Shown piece after piece: positions 62,586 through 64,000 of a DNA stretch of 64,000 nucleotides (its first letter is position 1; the number at the start of each line of letters is the position of its first letter). The translations under genes and the position numbers were made by a program. A model generated the notes under the pieces. It searched no databases. It was not told the origin of the DNA and saw nothing but the letters and a program-made list of their open reading frames with translations. Origin of the DNA: Vicugna vicugna. Lineage: Eukaryota. The DNA is taken from NCBI GenBank assembly GCA_013265495.1, contig MU058213.1, positions 5,601,149-5,665,148 on the forward strand. The letters are read 5' to 3'.

Positions 62586-64000
62586 GTAGGAAATGCTGAC
62601 ACGCCTTTTCCCTCTCCTTTTATGTTTTCTTTTATTTCCTCCCTAGTGTGTTCAATTTTAATAAAAAGATAGGGAGCTGGTGATAACAACTTCTTGCATA
62701 ATATTTGTAAAGCATACTCTAATTTTCCAAGTGCTTCCCCACACATTATCTCATTGATTATCTCAATTCCATGAGTAAGCAGGGCAGGGAAAGTATAATT
62801 ATCTCCACATTTCAAGTAATAAAATGTGGCTCAAATAGGTCAAACAGCACATAAATGCCCATAAGAGATGGCAGTTCATGTGGGTGAATCTGCATGTTTC
62901 ACAAGAGGAGGTAGGAAGCTGGAAGACATAGTCTCCCAATGAAATGTTGTCTCTGTAAGGGTTAAATTCAGCTGCAAATTGGCAGTGGTTCAAATAAAAC
63001 AGAAGTTTATTTCCATTTCACACACAGTCCAGAGACATGTAATCCAAAACTGAATAAACAGCTTTGGTCAATGAAGTTCCTCAAGGACCCAGCTCATTTC
63101 CTGCTCAATACTTAGAGTGTGGCCCTCATCCCACAACCCAAGATGGCAGCTAGAGCACTAGCCATCACATCTGTATTCCAGGTAGCACAAGGCAGTAGAA
63201 GGTGTACACAAAAAAGTCAAAAAGCAGGGAATATTTTAAAAACAACTTTGAAAGATAATTCACATACCATACAATTCATCTATTTAAAGTGTACAATTCA
63301 ATGACTTTTGGTATATGTGTGTTTTGGGGGGTTACCTTCCAAGAAGCATCTGTGAATGCTTCTAACTACATCCATTGGCCATACCTAGATGGAAAGGTGG
63401 CTGAGTATGTAGCCTCTTGGAGAAAGTGTAGCTTTTTAGTGATGCTAAAATCTGTTACTGTGGCAGGAGTGGGGAAAGAATATTGTGGACAGTGATTGAA
63501 GTCAGACATGTTTCCAAGAGGAAATTCTGCCTTACTGGTTTCCAGCCCCCCCACCATTTGAAGCTTGGTTCGCAATTTGAAACCTCTAGAAACCTGGGGT
63601 CTATTTCATGACTTAAAAACCTTTCCCTGCCATTTAGCTGAAAAATACTCTTGAAACCCCCCATCTATCCTTCCCTACAGGGCAAATCGAGCCCACCTGC
63701 CCCACCACCACTCTTTCAACAGCTGTGTACTAAGAGCTTGCTACGTGCAGGCTCCTACCCTCCACACAAACAAAACAGACCCTGTGCTTGGCCTCGTGGG
63801 GTAGTGGGGAGCCACATGATGTCACGTGGGTGTAGCCACGAGGTGGGGGCCCGCTATTCCCATCCCAGAAAAGCACGGAGGCTCTGCAGCCACCAGCAGC
63901 CTCCCTCTAGTATTTAAAAGGCCCCCATCCCAGGGAGGTCACAGGTTCCACCACACCACAGAGTTGGCAGTGAAGGCAGTGGGGGTGGGGGGGATCTCCA
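62586..64000 (+). other. LIPC: LIPC intron 2 (5' part)
   Basis: Begins with the GT donor after exon 2; the exon 3 peptide (VDG..ENWIW-like) is not seen before the window end. Confidence 0.85.
62950..63460 (-). mobile_element. MaLR LTR (MLT1J-like), interrupted by a short antisense L1 3' piece at about 63235-63320
   Basis: AACAGAAGTTTATTTC...CAAGATGGCAGCTAGAGCACTAGCCATCACATCTGTATTCCAGG...CATTGGCCA; the insert ACATACCATACAATTCATCTATTTAAAGTGTACAATTCAATG is L1-like. Confidence 0.65.

Noticed and set aside
62310..62672. 120-aa ORF as a stand-alone gene
   Set aside because: Only 62398-62585 matches LIPC; the flanking residues are intron read-through beyond clear AG and GT splice sites.
1..64000. 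A novel multi-gene biological system
   Set aside because: The window is explained by one known exon, its introns and common mammalian repeats; nothing supports a new system.

Overview
This is mammalian genomic DNA, most likely from a camelid (camel/alpaca/llama), judged from five copies of a tRNA-derived SINE that I recognise as the camelid Vic-1 type. The only protein-coding sequence I can support is one 188-bp exon on the + strand (62398-62585), exon 2 of hepatic lipase (LIPC). I did not find exon 1 or exon 3, so bases 1-62397 are interpreted as the distal part of the very long LIPC intron 1 and 62586-64000 as the start of intron 2. The rest is ordinary eutherian intronic DNA: MIR, L2 and old L1 fragments, younger L1 3' ends and SINEs with target-site duplications, MaLR/ERVL solo LTRs, DNA-transposon fossils (MER20, MER5, MER44, MER53, MER63, Charlie4, Tigger2, Tc2/Kanga-like) and microsatellites. 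The other ORFs in the track look like chance ORFs. I found no convincing novel biological system. The most useful leads are modest: candidate liver enhancers (HNF1, DR1/HNF4 sites), homeodomain/SOX/POU motif-dense blocks that may be long-range enhancers, a 96-bp dispersed duplication with a possible gene-conversion signature, a MER53 hairpin carrying a miR-1302-like arm, and an L1 insertion that duplicated an AP-1 site. Repeat family names are recalled from consensus sequences, not from a database search, and repeat boundaries are approximate unless TSDs are given.
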